Origin: a virus
Length of the DNA: 64,000 bases
Strand: one strand, 5' to 3'
IMG/VR virus record: IMGVR_UViG_3300009161_000023
Location: 133,542-197,541 of that record
Position 1 is the stretch's first letter, and each line of letters opens with the position of its first letter. Positions 16,056-26,283 of the stretch are shown piece by piece. Both the position numbers and the translations under genes were made by a program. A model generated the notes under the pieces. That model searched no databases and was not told the origin of the DNA. It saw nothing but the letters and a program-made list of their open reading frames with translations.

Positions 16056-16844
16056 ATGTTTAAAATTAAATTTAATGATATAAAGTTCCATATAAGAATA
16101 ATTACTTATCCAAGAAATGGCAAAACAAAAAATATTTTGCCAAAGACATTAGATTCTATATTAAAGCAAACTTATAAAAACTGGGAAATTTATCTTTTTG
16201 GTGACGATTACAGTCCAAAAGAAGAGTTGCTAGAAATAGCGAGTGTAATACCAGATAAAAAAATAAAAATAAGAAACTTAGATGTTAATTCTGAAAGATA
16301 CCATTACAGTGGTATGGATTTATGGTATTGTGCAGGTGTAAATGCATGTAATTATGTGTTAGATTGGATGCATAATGATGGAGTTAAAATAGTAGCTCTT
16401 TGTAACGATGATGATATTTGGTTGCCGAATCACTTAGAAACATTAGCTTCTGGGTATAATAAATTCCCAGAAGCTAGTTTTGTTTACACAAGAGGAAATC
16501 ATTTGCAGCTTGGCAAATTGCCTTTTCAAGAAGTGCATAATTTGTATTACAATAACATGCCAATTGAAGAATATAATGCTATTTTCTCGGCAACAAGCTG
16601 GAGATTAGATAAAATAAATTTAAGATTTAAAAATTGTTCAAGCCAAAAAATTCCATCAGATGCAGATTTATGGATAAGAATTAAAAAGCATTGTTTTGCT
16701 ACTAATTTAAAATTTCTTTATATACCAAAGATTACTGTTGATCATGAATCTCATAAACCAGAAGGAACTGAAAAAACAAAACAATTACCAAAAAATTTAG
16801 ATGAAATAAAATCAATTAAATCTAAAAGAAACTTGTTATTTTAA
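16056..16844 (+). CDS. Glycosyltransferase family 2
   Basis: TLDSILKQTYKNWEIYLFGDD, VALCNDDDIWLPNHLE, ADLWIR. Confidence 0.85.
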   Translation: MFKIKFNDIKFHIRIITYPRNGKTKNILPKTLDSILKQTYKNWEIYLFGDDYSPKEELLEIASVIPDKKIKIRNLDVNSERYHYSGMDLWYCAGVNACNYVLDWMHNDGVKIVALCNDDDIWLPNHLETLASGYNKFPEASFVYTRGNHLQLGKLPFQEVHNLYYNNMPIEEYNAIFSATSWRLDKINLRFKNCSSQKIPSDADLWIRIKKHCFATNLKFLYIPKITVDHESHKPEGTEKTKQLPKNLDEIKSIKSKRNLLF

Positions 16845-16848
16845 ATAT

Positions 16849-18117
16849 ATGAAAAAAAACATACTTGTTTTTCCAAGTGCTTCTAATTTAGCAATTGAAA
16901 TATTCTATTCTTTATCTAAAGATAAAAATATTAATTTAATTGGATGTTCTTCTTGTATCGATAATGAAATTACAAAAATATTTAAAAATAATGTGATTAT
17001 TAAAAAATTCATACATGATATAAATTTTTTGAATGAATTAAATAAAATAATAAAAACGCAAAAAATAGATTTGATTTATCCACTAAGTGATGATGTTAGT
17101 TTGTTTTTATGCAAGAACAAAAAAAGAATTAAATGTGATGTCTTATCTTCATCATCATTAAACACTCAACAATTACTAAGATCTAAACTTAAAACATATG
17201 AATTTCTAAAAAATTCAATAAGTACCCCAGTTGTTTATTACGACTTTAAAAAAATAAAAAAATACCCAGTTTTTATTAAGCCCCAAGAAGGAAATTCCTC
17301 TAAAGATTGTTATTTAGTAAAAGATAAAAAAGAATTAAATTTTTATTATAAAAAAATTAAAAATCCAATTGTAATGGAGAATTTACCATATCAAGAATTT
17401 ACAGTAGATTGTTTTACAAATTATAAAAAAGAACTTATTTTTTCTCAGCCAAGGTTAAGAATAAACAAAAGTTTAGGTGCTTCTTCATATACTAAAATAA
17501 TCGACAATAAAATTTTAATCGATATGGCAAATGATATAAATTCTATTTTAGATTTTAACGGTTCTTGGTTTTTTCAAGCAAAAATTGATTATGTTGGATG
17601 TCCCAAAATTCTTGAAATATCTCCAAGAATAGGTGCTTCTTGTGGCGTAAATAGAATAAATGATATAAATCTCCCTCTTCTAAACATTTACAATCATTAC
17701 AAAGAAGATGTTCAAATATGTTCAAATATGCTTCAGGTAATTGGATTTAGATATTTAAATTACAATTTTGATTTTTCATTTTCTAGTTTTAAAAATGTTT
17801 ACATAGATTTCGATGATACATTAATTATTAATAAAAAAATTAATTCAAATCTTATGAAATTCTTGTTTGATTTTAAAAATGAAAAAATAAAAGTATTCTT
17901 GATTTCAAAACATAAAGGAAATTTAAATGAACATCTTAACAAGCTCGGCATTTATAATCTTTTTGATGGAATAATACATTTAAAAAACAATGAAAACAAA
18001 TCTGATTATATGATGAAAGATTCTTTTCTTATAGATGATAGTTTTTTTGAAAGAAATCAAGCTAGAGAAAAAGGATTTATAGCCTTCCCTGTAGAATTCT
18101 TTTATTCTGAATGCTAA
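16849..18117 (+). CDS. ATP-grasp protein with C-terminal HAD-like domain
   Basis: PVFIKPQEGNSSK, EFTVDCF, LEISPRIG; C-terminal YIDFDDTLI...LIDDSFFER. Confidence 0.8.
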   Translation: MKKNILVFPSASNLAIEIFYSLSKDKNINLIGCSSCIDNEITKIFKNNVIIKKFIHDINFLNELNKIIKTQKIDLIYPLSDDVSLFLCKNKKRIKCDVLSSSSLNTQQLLRSKLKTYEFLKNSISTPVVYYDFKKIKKYPVFIKPQEGNSSKDCYLVKDKKELNFYYKKIKNPIVMENLPYQEFTVDCFTNYKKELIFSQPRLRINKSLGASSYTKIIDNKILIDMANDINSILDFNGSWFFQAKIDYVGCPKILEISPRIGASCGVNRINDINLPLLNIYNHYKEDVQICSNMLQVIGFRYLNYNFDFSFSSFKNVYIDFDDTLIINKKINSNLMKFLFDFKNEKIKVFLISKHKGNLNEHLNKLGIYNLFDGIIHLKNNENKSDYMMKDSFLIDDSFFERNQAREKGFIAFPVEFFYSEC

Positions 18118-18842
18118 ATGATTTTAGTGTTTTTATTAAAAAAATTGATTTCTTCTTGTCTGGTTTTAAAATAATTTGAATTTGAAAAATCAGAATTTAA
18201 TTTTACAACATTGTATTTTTTATTTGCAAAATAAGATATAGTTAATCTTTCATAAAAATAAGCACAGTTTACATGCATTTTATGATTTTGAAAATTGTAA
18301 CTATCGTAATCGTAATTTATTCCATATTTTTCAAAGAAATAATTAAATTCTTTTATCCACCATCTCAAAAAATCAATCATTATTGATTTTGTACAAATAA
18401 AATTATTACTGTAAAAACTCATTCCTGTTTTTTTAAATTTATTTCTTTCAAGCAATTCATCCATATAAACATTTATCCCAATATGGTTTTCGCAGCTTTC
18501 ATTATACCAATTTGAAATTGGGGCAGCTACATACACACTACTTTTTTTAAATTTATCATGTAATGAAGGTACTTTTTCTATTGGAATTACTTTTTTTTCT
18601 GTATCAACTTTGTATTTTTCATTCCATCTTGCAGACGCTATCCCAATATATTCATATTTTCCAACTATTGATAAATTGTTTGCAAGATACCAAATAAATC
18701 TATTTTCTGCTAATGCATTTATTCTATAAATTTTATTACCAGATAATTTATTTAAATTGATTATTTCTATATGTTTATTTACTTTGATTTTTTTCAAGTA
18801 ATTTTCATCATTATGTAATACAAATATTTTTAAATTATTCAT
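18114..18842 (-). CDS. Hypothetical, DUF4422-like/GT-associated
   Basis: YIGIASARW, FYSNNFIC, AYFYERLTISYF. Confidence 0.45.
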   Translation of the reverse strand: MNNLKIFVLHNDENYLKKIKVNKHIEIINLNKLSGNKIYRINALAENRFIWYLANNLSIVGKYEYIGIASARWNEKYKVDTEKKVIPIEKVPSLHDKFKKSSVYVAAPISNWYNESCENHIGINVYMDELLERNKFKKTGMSFYSNNFICTKSIMIDFLRWWIKEFNYFFEKYGINYDYDSYNFQNHKMHVNCAYFYERLTISYFANKKYNVVKLNSDFSNSNYFKTRQEEINFFNKNTKII

Positions 18843-18843
18843 G

Positions 18844-19641
18844 TTAAATAAACTGTTTTGTTACAAAAGGGTTATTAAGCCACAATCCATTTGGCAGTTT
18901 AAATCCTTGGTTTTTTTGGTTTAATTCTCCATATTCTTTTCCATAAGTTGCATTTTTTTGATCACTGTATTTATTCGTATGATATTGAATATATATTTTT
19001 TTTAATTGTGCTAATTTGTCTTTTAAACATCCAACGAATATTGCATGATGAATAATTGCTTGTGGTGTCACAGGAGCGTGTGGCCCATTTACAAAATATT
19101 CTTCTGGCATAAAATCGTGTCTTACATTAGCATGATGGATTAAATCATTCAGTATGTCTTGGTCTGCAAATTCAGGCTTGTTTACCTTTAGCTCATCTTT
19201 TATTTTTTTAATTAAAGTGTTAATTTCCAAAGTATTTCTTAATAAGTAATACCCACCATTATATCTTTCATAATAGTGTGCTGAATTATGTTCCATAATA
19301 CCAAAAAAATCTAATTTTCTACTATCCATAATATTTGTTGCTTGGAAAAGATTCATTGGGTTTAGATATTGAATATCAACATCATTGAAAACTATAATTT
19401 CTCGTTTTTCTACTTGGCTTAAGTTTTCTAAAATCCAATCTAATTTTAATATACCTGCTTCGTACCACGATGGAGTGCCGAATCCAAATGAATTAAATGA
19501 AGTTAAATTTATTTTTTTAAAATTAAGAGTAAATGCTTTTTCGTACTTTTTTAAAGATTTAAGATACAGATAATATAATGGTTTTATATTATCTGACCAA
19601 ACTCCAATTAAACGCATCTTTTTAGAAATACAATTCATCAT
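18844..19641 (-). CDS. Nucleotide-diphospho-sugar transferase-like glycosyltransferase
   Basis: IVFNDVDIQYL (DxD), YNGGYYLLR, DQDILN. Confidence 0.7.
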   Translation of the reverse strand: MMNCISKKMRLIGVWSDNIKPLYYLYLKSLKKYEKAFTLNFKKINLTSFNSFGFGTPSWYEAGILKLDWILENLSQVEKREIIVFNDVDIQYLNPMNLFQATNIMDSRKLDFFGIMEHNSAHYYERYNGGYYLLRNTLEINTLIKKIKDELKVNKPEFADQDILNDLIHHANVRHDFMPEEYFVNGPHAPVTPQAIIHHAIFVGCLKDKLAQLKKIYIQYHTNKYSDQKNATYGKEYGELNQKNQGFKLPNGLWLNNPFVTKQFI

Positions 19642-19733
19642 ATGTTTATATAATATATATAAATAAAAATAATAATATGCTATTAATTGAAATTATTTAT
19701 GGTAAATTTATTAATGATTTATTATTTTATATT

Positions 19734-20486
19734 ATGGAAAACATTCTTTATTTTTTGCATATACCAAAGACAGCTGGTACATCCTTAAACAAATTAATTA
19801 AATCTAAATATAAAAGTGAAAAAGTTTATCCTTTTTCAACTTATCATCAAATTTATACAAATAAAAAGTTGAATATTGATGATTATGATATTATTTCTGG
19901 TCATTTTACACATTCCTATATTCTAAATATTACAAAGCCAGTAAATGTTATAACAGTTTTAAGAAATCCAGTAAGCAGAGTAGTTTCTGCTTACAATCAT
20001 CTTATGAGAGAACCAATTGCTAATTTTGAATTTAATAAATTTAAAAAATGTCAAATTAAAGACGCTTTAAATTTGTATCCTTGGTTGTTTTCAAATCAAC
20101 AAACCAAGCATCTAGGATGGACTAGTAATGTTTTAAAGATGCCAAGATCTAAAATACCAATACCATTTAGTATTGAAAACTGGCTAGAATTTCGTCAAAA
20201 CATAAACATGGATGATATTTATCAAAATGCTTGTAATGCGATTGATAATATGTTTCTATTTGGATTTACAGATAGACTGGATGAATTTGTAAAAATATTA
20301 TTTGAAAAAATGAAATGGACGATGCCAGTAGAAATACCGAAATCAAATCCTTCTAAGGAAAATCAATTACTTGAAGATGAAGTAAATAATGTTAATTTAA
20401 AGAAAATTGAATCTCTTAATTATTATGATATAAAATTATATGAATATGCTAGAAAAAAATATAAAGATTTACATAGACAAGATTAA
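19734..20486 (+). CDS. Sulfotransferase (Sulfotransfer_2-type)
   Basis: FLHIPKTAGTSL 5'-PSB and LRNPVSRVVSAY 3'-PB motifs; track start at 19677 probably too long. Confidence 0.88.
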   Translation: MENILYFLHIPKTAGTSLNKLIKSKYKSEKVYPFSTYHQIYTNKKLNIDDYDIISGHFTHSYILNITKPVNVITVLRNPVSRVVSAYNHLMREPIANFEFNKFKKCQIKDALNLYPWLFSNQQTKHLGWTSNVLKMPRSKIPIPFSIENWLEFRQNINMDDIYQNACNAIDNMFLFGFTDRLDEFVKILFEKMKWTMPVEIPKSNPSKENQLLEDEVNNVNLKKIESLNYYDIKLYEYARKKYKDLHRQD

Positions 20487-20992
20487 ATTTTATTATAAAT
20501 AGACCATAAGTATTCATCGTCAATTTTAGCATTGTCAATCTTTTCAAAGTAATCAATTAAATCATCTAAGCTGCCAAACATGTTCTTGTGTGATAGCATT
20601 CCATAATACCAAACTGGAACTAATTCTTTTCCTTCTGGGCAAACTATGTATGTTGGTTTGTTTGCTTTTATACTTTGAAATATCTCACATGGAACTCCAT
20701 GGGTTGCAACTCCATAAGGTAAGTAAGCAATTAATCCATCAGATTTATCAACCATCAAACAATCTTTAAGGTAAAATTTTCTAGCTATACTTGCTATTTT
20801 GTCATAATCTTTTTCTTTTCTTGCTTCTGTTATCTGCTCTTTCCATTGTTGTTTTGGATCTAAAAATGGATCATAAATATTTAAATCAAATTTCTTAATA
20901 ATATTATCTTTAAACTCATATCTCCAATTATCTGTCCCAAATTCAATTGGGGAAGATAAATAAAATGTTTTTTTCGAAAGAAGTTTATTCAT
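20483..20992 (-). CDS. Nucleoside 2-deoxyribosyltransferase-like protein
   Basis: FYLSSPIE...WR...IYDPF...DCLMVDKSDGLIAYL...THGVPCEI. Confidence 0.65.
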   Translation of the reverse strand: MNKLLSKKTFYLSSPIEFGTDNWRYEFKDNIIKKFDLNIYDPFLDPKQQWKEQITEARKEKDYDKIASIARKFYLKDCLMVDKSDGLIAYLPYGVATHGVPCEIFQSIKANKPTYIVCPEGKELVPVWYYGMLSHKNMFGSLDDLIDYFEKIDNAKIDDEYLWSIYNKI

Positions 20993-21057
20993 GTATCCTT
21001 TTTAATTTATTTTTGCAAAAATGCAACAATATTTATTGTTTTTTAATATATTATTGT

Positions 21058-21621
21058 ATGAAAACATTACTTAATCAAAATCGTAAAGAAAAATTAGATA
21101 TTTATATTAAATTGGCAAATTCACTAAATGGAGACTTTGCGGAAGTTGGAGTTTACAAAGGTGGCAGTGCTGAAATAATAGCTAAAAATAAAAATGAAAA
21201 TAAGAATTTATATCTATTTGACACTTTTGAAGGAATGCCAGAAGCTAATTTAGATTTTGATAACTTTCATAAAAAAAATGATTTCAATGATACATCTTAT
21301 TCAGATGTTTGCTTGGGTCTAAAATGTTATAAAAATGTTTTTATTTACAAGGGACTATTTCCAAATGACCATGGTCATAAAATACAAGATATAAAATTCT
21401 CTTTGGTTCATATAGATGTTGATATTTATAAAAGTTATATTGATTGCTTAAATTTCTTCTATCCAAAAATGGTAGATGGTGGAATTATTATTTTAGATGA
21501 TTATTTTGCTCCAACTTGCAAAGGTGCAAGATTAGCAACTGATGAATTCTTCGCAGATAAACCCGAAAAACCAATATGGGAAGTAAAGCCTCAAGTTTGC
21601 ATTGTCAAACAACCAAAATGA
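21058..21621 (+). CDS. TylF/MycF-family O-methyltransferase
   Basis: GDFAEVGVYKGGSA, LFDTFEGMP, FSLVHIDVDIYKSY, GGIIILDDY. Confidence 0.9.
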   Translation: MKTLLNQNRKEKLDIYIKLANSLNGDFAEVGVYKGGSAEIIAKNKNENKNLYLFDTFEGMPEANLDFDNFHKKNDFNDTSYSDVCLGLKCYKNVFIYKGLFPNDHGHKIQDIKFSLVHIDVDIYKSYIDCLNFFYPKMVDGGIIILDDYFAPTCKGARLATDEFFADKPEKPIWEVKPQVCIVKQPK

Positions 21622-22280
21622 TAATAAAAACAAAATTTAAAATTTATCCCTCTATATTTATTCACATTCCTAAATGTGGAGGCAGTTCTATAAAACAAAT
21701 ATTAAACGATATTAACGAAAAAGAAGTTATTCATTCAAAAATAAAAGATGATTTTGAATTACTTCTCAATAAACAAATTGATTTCGAAAAATATTTTATA
21801 TTTGCAGTAATTAGAAATCCTTGGGATAGAATGATTTCTTATTATTTCTTTTATAAAAATATAATAAAAAAAGAAGAAAGCATATCAGTAAATGCTAAGA
21901 AATATAAATTTAAAGATTGGTTGAAAATAATCTTTGAAAATAAAAAAGAATACTTTTTTATTCATGAAAACTACCTTGATTATTTGACATATGAAGAAAA
22001 GGTTTACATTGATTACGCAATGAATTTTAACTTATTTAACGAAGAATGTAATTTATTAAAAAGTATATTGAAAATAAACTCTGAAGATTTTCATTTAAAC
22101 AAAACAATACATGCGAATTATAAAAAATATTATTCAGATAAAGAAATTAAATTTGTTGAAGAAATTTATAAAAAAGATATAGAATTTTTTAATTTTGATT
22201 TTTATAATACAATTCAAATGAAAGAAATAAAAAATCATGATAAAATAAAACTTGTTTCAAGTAAAAAACTTTTTATGTAA
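21618..22280 (+). CDS. Sulfotransferase (Sulfotransfer_2-type)
   Basis: FIHIPKCGGSSI, IRNPWDRMISYY; ATGA-coupled start at 21618. Confidence 0.88.
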   Translation: MIIKTKFKIYPSIFIHIPKCGGSSIKQILNDINEKEVIHSKIKDDFELLLNKQIDFEKYFIFAVIRNPWDRMISYYFFYKNIIKKEESISVNAKKYKFKDWLKIIFENKKEYFFIHENYLDYLTYEEKVYIDYAMNFNLFNEECNLLKSILKINSEDFHLNKTIHANYKKYYSDKEIKFVEEIYKKDIEFFNFDFYNTIQMKEIKNHDKIKLVSSKKLFM

Positions 22281-22289
22281 AGGGCTAAA

Positions 22290-22472
22290 ATGATTTTAAT
22301 ACCGTTGGAAATTAAAATTTCTGTCACCTTTGGATCAATTGATTTAAATTCAAATTCTGTTGTAAAAAAAGACAGTTTTACAATTGATTTGCAAAAACTT
22401 GATAGGGATTTGTTCCTAGAAGCATTTGATTCTTTAGTTAAAATAAAAGAAGAATTAATCAATCAAAAATAA
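22290..22472 (+). CDS. Small hypothetical protein
   Basis: ORF track; fills the gap on the coding strand. Confidence 0.5.
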   Translation: MILIPLEIKISVTFGSIDLNSNSVVKKDSFTIDLQKLDRDLFLEAFDSLVKIKEELINQK

Positions 22473-22510
22473 ATATTTTAATAAAATTAATTCTAAGTGA
22501 TAAATAAAAC

Positions 22511-23143
22511 ATGAAAGACATGTTAAAATTTAAAGTATGGTTGGAATCTGAAGATAAAGAATTCTATGACCAACTAGTTGAAGAAGGATTGATTCCACCT
22601 TGGCTTAGAAATGTATTTCTTGCTGGCACTATAGCTATGGGATCATACTTAGTAAGCCCAACTGAAGCTCAGGGTGCTGAAGTTACATCTCAGTCAATAA
22701 TTGATGTAAAAAAAGAAAAAATAGAAATTAATGTTAAATTACCAATAAAGATAACAAGATTGGATTTAGCATCAGAAACCATAAAAGCATCAATTAAAAA
22801 AGAACTTTTAAAATTTCTACAAAATCAAGAACGAGAACGCTTAGATTCTAAAGAGAAGTATATAATTAACTTAAAAACTTCTGTATTTGTAGATGTAGAA
22901 GAAAGAGACATTAATCCTTTGTTGACTAAGTTTGATTTAAGAGAACTTCTTCCAAGTTGGAAATTTGGCGATCAAGATAAACTTTCAAGGTTATTGAATG
23001 TTTTTATTAAATCAACTGAATCTGAGAAAAAAATTGGATTTCAAAATGTAAAATTTACTATTTATTATGAAAAAATTAAAATACCAAATTCTCCTAGTGC
23101 AAATCCTAAAAATAATCCAACTCAGTCAAATATTTTAAAATAA
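22511..23143 (+). CDS. Hypothetical protein with CTS-like leader (LKFKVWLESE) and one hydrophobic segment
   Basis: GATAAATA box 4 nt before ATG. Confidence 0.75.
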   Translation: MKDMLKFKVWLESEDKEFYDQLVEEGLIPPWLRNVFLAGTIAMGSYLVSPTEAQGAEVTSQSIIDVKKEKIEINVKLPIKITRLDLASETIKASIKKELLKFLQNQERERLDSKEKYIINLKTSVFVDVEERDINPLLTKFDLRELLPSWKFGDQDKLSRLLNVFIKSTESEKKIGFQNVKFTIYYEKIKIPNSPSANPKNNPTQSNILK

Positions 23144-23172
23144 AAATTTAACTTGGAACATAAATATTTATT

Positions 23173-24330
23173 ATGGAAACAATATTAGATTTAATTTACA
23201 AAGGTTTGAATGTAAAGAAAGAAAATGTCGGAGCTTTAAATAAATTTGATAGATTTTTAAATTCTTTTACTAATAAAACATCGAAAATAAAAAAATTAAA
23301 TATTAAGATAAATTTAATAAAAAACGAAAACAAACATAGTTTGGCAGCTTTAATTCATAATAAAATAATATTAACCGAAAGAATAAAGACACTTCAGCGT
23401 ACTTTTGGCATGTCTGAAGATATAGATGTAGATAAGATAAAAAGATTTAAACTAAAAATCCAATATTTAAATATGATATTGGAAAAAATTAGCACTGAAA
23501 AATATGATCTTATTTCAAATATTAGTACTTTACCAAAGCAAAACATTGTAGAAAATTTCTTAAAAAAAGAAGTTGATTATTTAAAAGAAATTGTTTTTGA
23601 TAATGTTTTTTCAAGCTTTAAATTACACAAACAAGAATGTTTAGATTTTTTCGAAAAAGTAAAAAAAGAAAATGATTCAAATTCTATTGAAGTAATTCCA
23701 CAATTAACCTTTGCTACAGTTGATGTTACTACTACGCCTAATGCTATAGTTGATGTTACTACTACGCCTAATGCTATAGTCGATGTTACTACTACGCCTA
23801 ATGCTATAGTCGATGTTACTATATCTAATGATACATTTGATCCTAGTTTAAGTGAATGCATAGAAGAATATAAATTTTATTTAAATAGCATCGAATCTAA
23901 ATATGAAGAAGTTGGAATTTCTCTTAATAATTTAATTATAACATTTAATGAAGAATGTGAAAAATATAAAGAGTTTTATAGTGAAGCAAATACATTTTTA
24001 GATAAAATAGAAAATTATAATAATACTATTAAAGTTTCTATAGACCATCAAAGTCTATTAACTAATTTGAATGTATTAAATTTTAAAAATAATTATAATT
24101 TATTGTATGATTTTAAAAAAAATCTGTCAGATATTATTGATACAGAAACAGAATATGATATTGAAATAAATAAACTTTCTTTAATTATTAAAGAATTAAA
24201 ATTTCTTATTAATAAGCATACTATAAAAAATTTACACGATCAGTTAATTTGGATAGATGATTATTTGATTATTTTAAATGATAAAGCAAGAGAGATAAGA
24301 AATTTAATCATTGTAAACGATAAACAATAA
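23173..24330 (+). CDS. Hypothetical coiled-coil protein with internal 10-aa repeats
   Basis: 385-aa ORF; CATAAATA upstream. Confidence 0.7.
   Translation: METILDLIYKGLNVKKENVGALNKFDRFLNSFTNKTSKIKKLNIKINLIKNENKHSLAALIHNKIILTERIKTLQRTFGMSEDIDVDKIKRFKLKIQYLNMILEKISTEKYDLISNISTLPKQNIVENFLKKEVDYLKEIVFDNVFSSFKLHKQECLDFFEKVKKENDSNSIEVIPQLTFATVDVTTTPNAIVDVTTTPNAIVDVTTTPNAIVDVTISNDTFDPSLSECIEEYKFYLNSIESKYEEVGISLNNLIITFNEECEKYKEFYSEANTFLDKIENYNNTIKVSIDHQSLLTNLNVLNFKNNYNLLYDFKKNLSDIIDTETEYDIEINKLSLIIKELKFLINKHTIKNLHDQLIWIDDYLIILNDKAREIRNLIIVNDKQ
23719..23820 (+). repeat. 30-bp tandem repeat x3.4 (VDVTTTPNAI)
   Basis: gt(t/c)gatgttactactacgcctaatgctata at 23719, 23749, 23779, partial at 23809. Confidence 0.95.
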
Positions 24331-24346
24331 GATAATAAATTTAATT

Positions 24347-25012
24347 TTATCTAATTCTTTCTTCTTTTATTATTTTATCTAATTTTTTTCTGTATTCTTC
24401 TTTTAATGGATTTTCTAATTTTAAAATATTATTTTCTGGTTTCCACTCTACTGGCAATTTCATATCTAAATATCCAAATATTCTATTCATTGTTCTTAAA
24501 GGATCTTCTGTAAAATTTTCATAAGAAATGCAAATATAATCTTCACCTTCTAAAAAATCATCCCAATTATTCCAAAACAACAAAGTTTCTTTATAAATAC
24601 TTATTAATTCTTGTTTGTTAAATGGAATACTAGCATTTTCATATTTTTCCATTTTTCTTTTTTGGTTTTTCTTAATAAAAGAAACTCTTAAGCCTTTATG
24701 AAAATATTGAGAAATTGTATGTGCTACTGGGTCTTTTCTTCTTAATAAAATAAACTTAATATTTGGATGATAAGTTTTAATTACATTTTTTTTAATCTGG
24801 CTAGAAACATTTTTATAGTGGGTTTTTAATATTTTAGCATTACATGGTAGCCACTCTTTGTAGTTTCCCATTCCAATTTGGTGCTCATGAAAATGTTCAT
24901 TAAATGTAGAAGAAAATTGATTTGTTGAGTTTAATAAACTACTTAAAAAAGTTGATCCTGATCTTTGGTTGGTTAAAATCCACGCTGGTACAGTACATTT
25001 GTTCATTTTCAT
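24347..25012 (-). CDS. Stf0-type sulfotransferase
   Basis: ILTNQRSGSTFLSSLL, LRRKDPVAHTISQY, ISYENF; start MKMNK at 25012 overlaps the upstream TGA. Confidence 0.8.
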   Translation of the reverse strand: MKMNKCTVPAWILTNQRSGSTFLSSLLNSTNQFSSTFNEHFHEHQIGMGNYKEWLPCNAKILKTHYKNVSSQIKKNVIKTYHPNIKFILLRRKDPVAHTISQYFHKGLRVSFIKKNQKRKMEKYENASIPFNKQELISIYKETLLFWNNWDDFLEGEDYICISYENFTEDPLRTMNRIFGYLDMKLPVEWKPENNILKLENPLKEEYRKKLDKIIKEERIR

Positions 25013-25179
25013 TTTTTTCCCTCTATCCATTCTTTAAATGATTTAATTTTTTTCTTTATTACTTTTTCTGGTAAAGAAGAAAAATCTGTTTCTTTAGCCC
25101 ACTCATCACAATCAACTTTTCCACCAAAACCATCAGTGGCAAAACATTTTTTCATTTGAGCTTTACTTAAAAACGGCAT
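25009..25179 (-). CDS. 56-aa mini-protein not in ORF track, C-terminal KSFKEWIE
   Basis: Hand translation MPFLSKAQMKKCFATDGFGGKVDCDEWAKETDFSSLPEKVIKKKIKSFKEWIEGKK*; gaaagg upstream; ATGA coupling to the Stf0 gene. Confidence 0.7.
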   Translation of the reverse strand: MPFLSKAQMKKCFATDGFGGKVDCDEWAKETDFSSLPEKVIKKKIKSFKEWIEGKK

Positions 25180-25451
25180 AAATACCTTTCTTCAATGTAT
25201 TTATATTTTTTATTATAATTTTTTTGTTATTTTATTATTTTTTCATATGATAATAAGACAGCAAAAATATAACAAGGATAATTGATTGTGAAAATAAATA
25301 GCAAAACTTCATTAATTTTTCTTTTAATAATTATTTTTTGTTTTTTTTCGTACTTAAATGATTATTTTGATAATTGTCGTTTAATAAAACAAATCGAAGT
25401 TATTCTCGTTGAGAATTAATATTTTTTAATAAAAACATAATATATAATTAC

Positions 25452-25742
25452 ATGAAAAACAATTATTTATTATATTTATCTGGTGTAATTTCAGAAGAAA
25501 AACTTATAGAGAATTCAAAAGAACATGAGCTTGACAACTATATGTTTTTTCAAAATTTACAAACTGTGAAAGAATGCATAGATGAAATTTTAAAAATGAA
25601 TTCATCTGAAGTAGACAGTTTACTTTCTGATGGACATGATTGGGCTAATGATCATGTATCTGGTGCTAAAACTTCATTAGAACAAGTTTGCGATTGGTTG
25701 AAAAATTCTTTAAATAAAGAACAGAATTTAGAAGGTTTATAA
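25452..25742 (+). CDS. Hypothetical phage protein (YMFFQNL...GHDWANDH)
   Basis: 96-aa ORF; N-terminus LYLSGVISEE. Confidence 0.75.
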   Translation: MKNNYLLYLSGVISEEKLIENSKEHELDNYMFFQNLQTVKECIDEILKMNSSEVDSLLSDGHDWANDHVSGAKTSLEQVCDWLKNSLNKEQNLEGL

Positions 25743-25900
25743 TGGGTGGTGGAAGCGAATCAATTGTAACTTGTAAAGATAAGAATAATCCAAATTTTCA
25801 AATTTGGGGTGCTATGTCAGATCTTGGATGTAATAAAAAGAAAAAAAGAAATTTTAAATCTTTTAAAGAATGGTTGATTTTAAAAAATAATAAAAAATAA
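25742..25900 (+). CDS. 52-aa mini-protein not in ORF track, C-terminal KSFKEWL
   Basis: Hand translation MGGGSESIVTCKDKNNPNFQIWGAMSDLGCNKKKKRNFKSFKEWLILKNNKK*; TAATG coupling with the upstream gene. Confidence 0.7.
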   Translation: MGGGSESIVTCKDKNNPNFQIWGAMSDLGCNKKKKRNFKSFKEWLILKNNKK

Positions 25901-26227
25901 CTCCATGCTATCTTCATCCCATTTATTATTGTCCCATTTTTCTCTACTCCATAAATTTAAATTTTCAAATAAAGGAACTTTCCAAAATATTCTTTTAAAT
26001 AAATACTTATCTTTTTTGGAGTATTGTATTTCTATTATCGTTGCATTTGAATGTTCTTTAATTACTTCTAAAAGAACTTTTTCTATTTTTACTGCATCTT
26101 TATAAAAGATTTTTCTTCCATTATCGCTATGAACTTCAATTATCATATTCTTTTTAAAATTTATATTTAAAAAAAACGGTATTGATAATAAAAATCTTCT
26201 TCTGTTAATGTCAATTTCGTAATCCAT
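25880..26227 (-). CDS. Hypothetical protein
   Basis: 115-aa ORF; short convergent overlap. Confidence 0.5.
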   Translation of the reverse strand: MDYEIDINRRRFLLSIPFFLNINFKKNMIIEVHSDNGRKIFYKDAVKIEKVLLEVIKEHSNATIIEIQYSKKDKYLFKRIFWKVPLFENLNLWSREKWDNNKWDEDSMELFFIIF

Positions 26228-26283
26228 GTAATATTATAATTAAAAATTATTATAAATAAAAAACTTATCATTATAAATAAATA

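Noticed and set aside
10816-25012. Host O-antigen/capsule locus in a bacterial chromosome
   Set aside because: Mixed orientation, interleaving with phage genes, no flippase/polymerase/export genes and no housekeeping genes.
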